From: Laetmonice hystrix
Lineage: Eukaryota
Assembly (NCBI GenBank): GCA_965235115.1
Contig: OZ249436.1
Location: 2,048,001-2,112,000 of the forward strand
Direction of reading: 5' to 3'
DNA: 64,000 bases
This document shows, piece by piece, positions 61,349-64,000 of this stretch (within the stretch, counting starts at the first letter, position 1; every line of letters begins with the position of its first letter). The position numbers and the translations under genes were made by a program. Under the pieces are notes generated by a model. The model saw only the letters and a program-made list of their open reading frames with translations, ran no database searches and had not been told where the DNA came from.

Positions 61349-63199
61349 ATGGCTCGGAATGTTACCATTGACAAGACATGCCTTGGGTTCGGGATGTTAC
61401 CATTGACGACAAGTCATGCCGTGGCTCGGGATGTTACCATTGACAAGACATGCCTTGGTTTGAGATGTTACCATTGACAAGACATGCCTTGGGCTCGGGA
61501 TGTTTCCATTGACAACAAGACATGCCTTGGCTCGGGATGTTACCATTGACAAGACATGCCATGGCTCAGGATGTTACCATTGACGACAAGACATGCCATG
61601 GCTCGGGATGTTACCATTGACGACAAGACATGCCTTGGGTCGGGATGTTACCATTGACGACAAGACATGCCATGGCTCGGGATGTTACCATTGACAAGAC
61701 ATGCCTTGGTTTGAGATGTTACCATTGACAAGACATGCCTTGGGCTCGGGATGTTACCATTGACAACAAGACATGCCTTGGCTCGGGATGTTACCATTGA
61801 CAAGACATGCCATGGCTCGGGATGTTACCATTGACGACAAGACATGCCATGGCTCGGGATGTTACCATTGACGACAAGACATGCCTTGGCTCGGGATGTT
61901 ACCATTGACAAGACATGCCATGGCTTGGGATGTTACCATTGACAACAAGACATGCCATGGCTCGGGATGTTACCATTGAGAAGACATGCCTTGGGCTCGG
62001 GATGTTACCATTGACGACAAGACCTGCCTTGGCTCGGGATGTTACCATTGACAAGACATGCCTTGGGTCGGGATGTTACCATTGACGACAAGACATGCCT
62101 TGGCTCGGGATGTTACCATTGAGAAGACATGCCTTGGCTCGGGATGTTACCATTGACAAGACATGCCTTGGCTCGGGATGTTACCATTGACGACAAGACA
62201 TGCCTTGTGATCGGGATGTTACCATTGACAAGACATGCTTTGGCTCGGGATGTTACCATTGACAAGACATGTCATGGCTCGGGATGTTACCATTGACAAG
62301 ACATGCCTTGGCTCGGGATGTTACCATTGACGACAAGACATGCCTTGTGCTCGGGATGTTACCATTGACAAGACATGCTTTGGCTCGGGATGTTACCATT
62401 GACAAGACATGCCATGGCTCGGGATGTTACCATTGACAAGACATGCCATGGCTCGGGATGTTACCATTGACAACAAGACATGCCTTGGGTCGGGATGTTA
62501 CTATTGACAAGACATGCCATGGCTTGAGATGTTACCATTGACGACAAGACATGCCATGGCTCGGGATGTTACCATTGACGACAAGACATGCCATGGCTCG
62601 GGATGTTACCATTGACGACAAGACATGCCTTGGGCTCGGGATGTTACCATTGACGACAAGACATGCCTTGGCTCGGGATGTTACCATTGACGACAAGACA
62701 TGCCTTGGCTCGGGATGTTACCATTGACGACAAGACATGCCTTGTGCTCGGGATGTTACCATTGACGACAAGACATGCCTTGTGCTCGGGATGTTACCAT
62801 TGACGACAAGACATGCCTTGGCTCGGGATGTTACCATTGACGACAAGACATGCCTTGGCTCGGGATGTTACCATTGACGACAAGACATGCCTTGGCTCGG
62901 GATGTTACCATTGACGACAAGACATGCCTTGTGCTCGGGATGTTACCATTGACAAGACATGCCTTGGCTCGGGATGTTACCATTGACAACAAGACATGCC
63001 ATGGGCTCGGGATGTTACCATTGACAACAAGACATGCCTTGGGTCGGGATGTTACCATTGACAACAAGACATGCCTTGGGTCGGGATGTTACCATTGACA
63101 AGACATGCCATGGCTCGGGATGTAACCATTGACAACAAGACATGCCTTGGGTCGGGATGTTACCATTGACAAGACATGCCTTGGCTTGGGATGTTACCA
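61349..63199. repeat. Minisatellite, 34/37-bp unit
   Basis: GGCTCGGGATGTTACCATTGAC(GAC)AAGACATGCCTT. Confidence 0.97.
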
Positions 63200-64000
63200 A
63201 AGAACATCTTCGTGTTCTGACCAACTACATGCATTTTTAAACTTTCATTTGGATAGCCTTGCGGCTGTTAATGTAAAAAAAATAATTAGCTCTAATTAGT
63301 TTAGAAGAAGAGTTAGTTGCTGGTAGGTTAAACACAAGTAGGGATCGGGCAAGTTTAGTCCGGGTCTCGTCCAGTTTTAAATGTTCGGTAGCCATGGCCA
63401 CATACACGACCAGAATGGATTCGTTACCATAAATAGATGTGCCTCCATGCACCCACCAATCACGCCTTCCTTCGTACAGACACGAAAGGTCATTTATATC
63501 ACTGACGTAGACAAGTCTGGAGGAAATGGTATTCTGTGATCAAATCTGCCCAAAGAAATTCCACAGGTTTAATATTTCACTTTCTTGATTAAACACGCTC
63601 AGAGACAAAGGTTCAGTCAAATGATGCTGGGAAATGAATATGTTTTTGTACCTCTCAATAAAGGTAGAGAGTATGCAAACGTCAGACGGTTGGCCTCAGT
63701 TGGCATGTAGCAGCAATGTCAGTTAGATGTTTGTAATGGTTTCACGAATTAGTCATTGTTGAGATTGTCCTGCAGTTGGGCGTGTTTGCCATGGAAACAC
63801 AGCGTTAGTCGTCGAATTCAAAGGTTTAGTTTTTAGTTATTATCTCTCCGGACGACTATAGGCTTTGATGACGCCATGGTTGTCACGTGACCTGTAGCCG
63901 GGACCAGGTGAATGCGACATGATATTTTCATTACTGTTAATAGATTTTTTGGTTGTTTTCGAAGTTGATAACAATGTATTCAACTGACTGTCAAATCCTC

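Noticed and set aside
7593..63199. CRISPR-like appearance of the 25-50-bp repeats
   Set aside because: Units are head-to-tail with no unique spacers, there are no cas genes, and the context looks eukaryotic.

Overview
Eukaryotic, animal-like non-coding DNA (inferred to be intergenic or inside a very large intron). I can support no protein-coding gene, RNA gene, CRISPR array or autonomous transposon. By my hand tally about 55-60% of the window is roughly 35 mutually unrelated, locus-specific tandem arrays (units about 11-140 bp) separated by about 0.1-2.5 kb spacers. The spacers carry short non-autonomous DNA-transposon relics (hAT-, Kolobok/piggyBac-, Tc1/mariner-, PIF/Harbinger- and Helentron-like). 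There are two kb-scale tandem duplications (about 1.94 kb and 4.02 kb) and a higher-order duplication inside one array. Almost all long ORFs in the track are read-throughs of repeats. The most interesting signals are: (1) a strong AG|GTAAGT candidate recursive splice site at 1050/1051; (2) the hexamer TGACAG/CTGTCA recurring across many unrelated arrays; (3) CTCF-like motifs, some retained in decayed repeats; (4) evidence that arrays arose in situ from their own flanks; (5) a MADF-like N-terminus fused in frame to a 51-bp array. All coordinates and unit sizes were read by eye; no searches were run.
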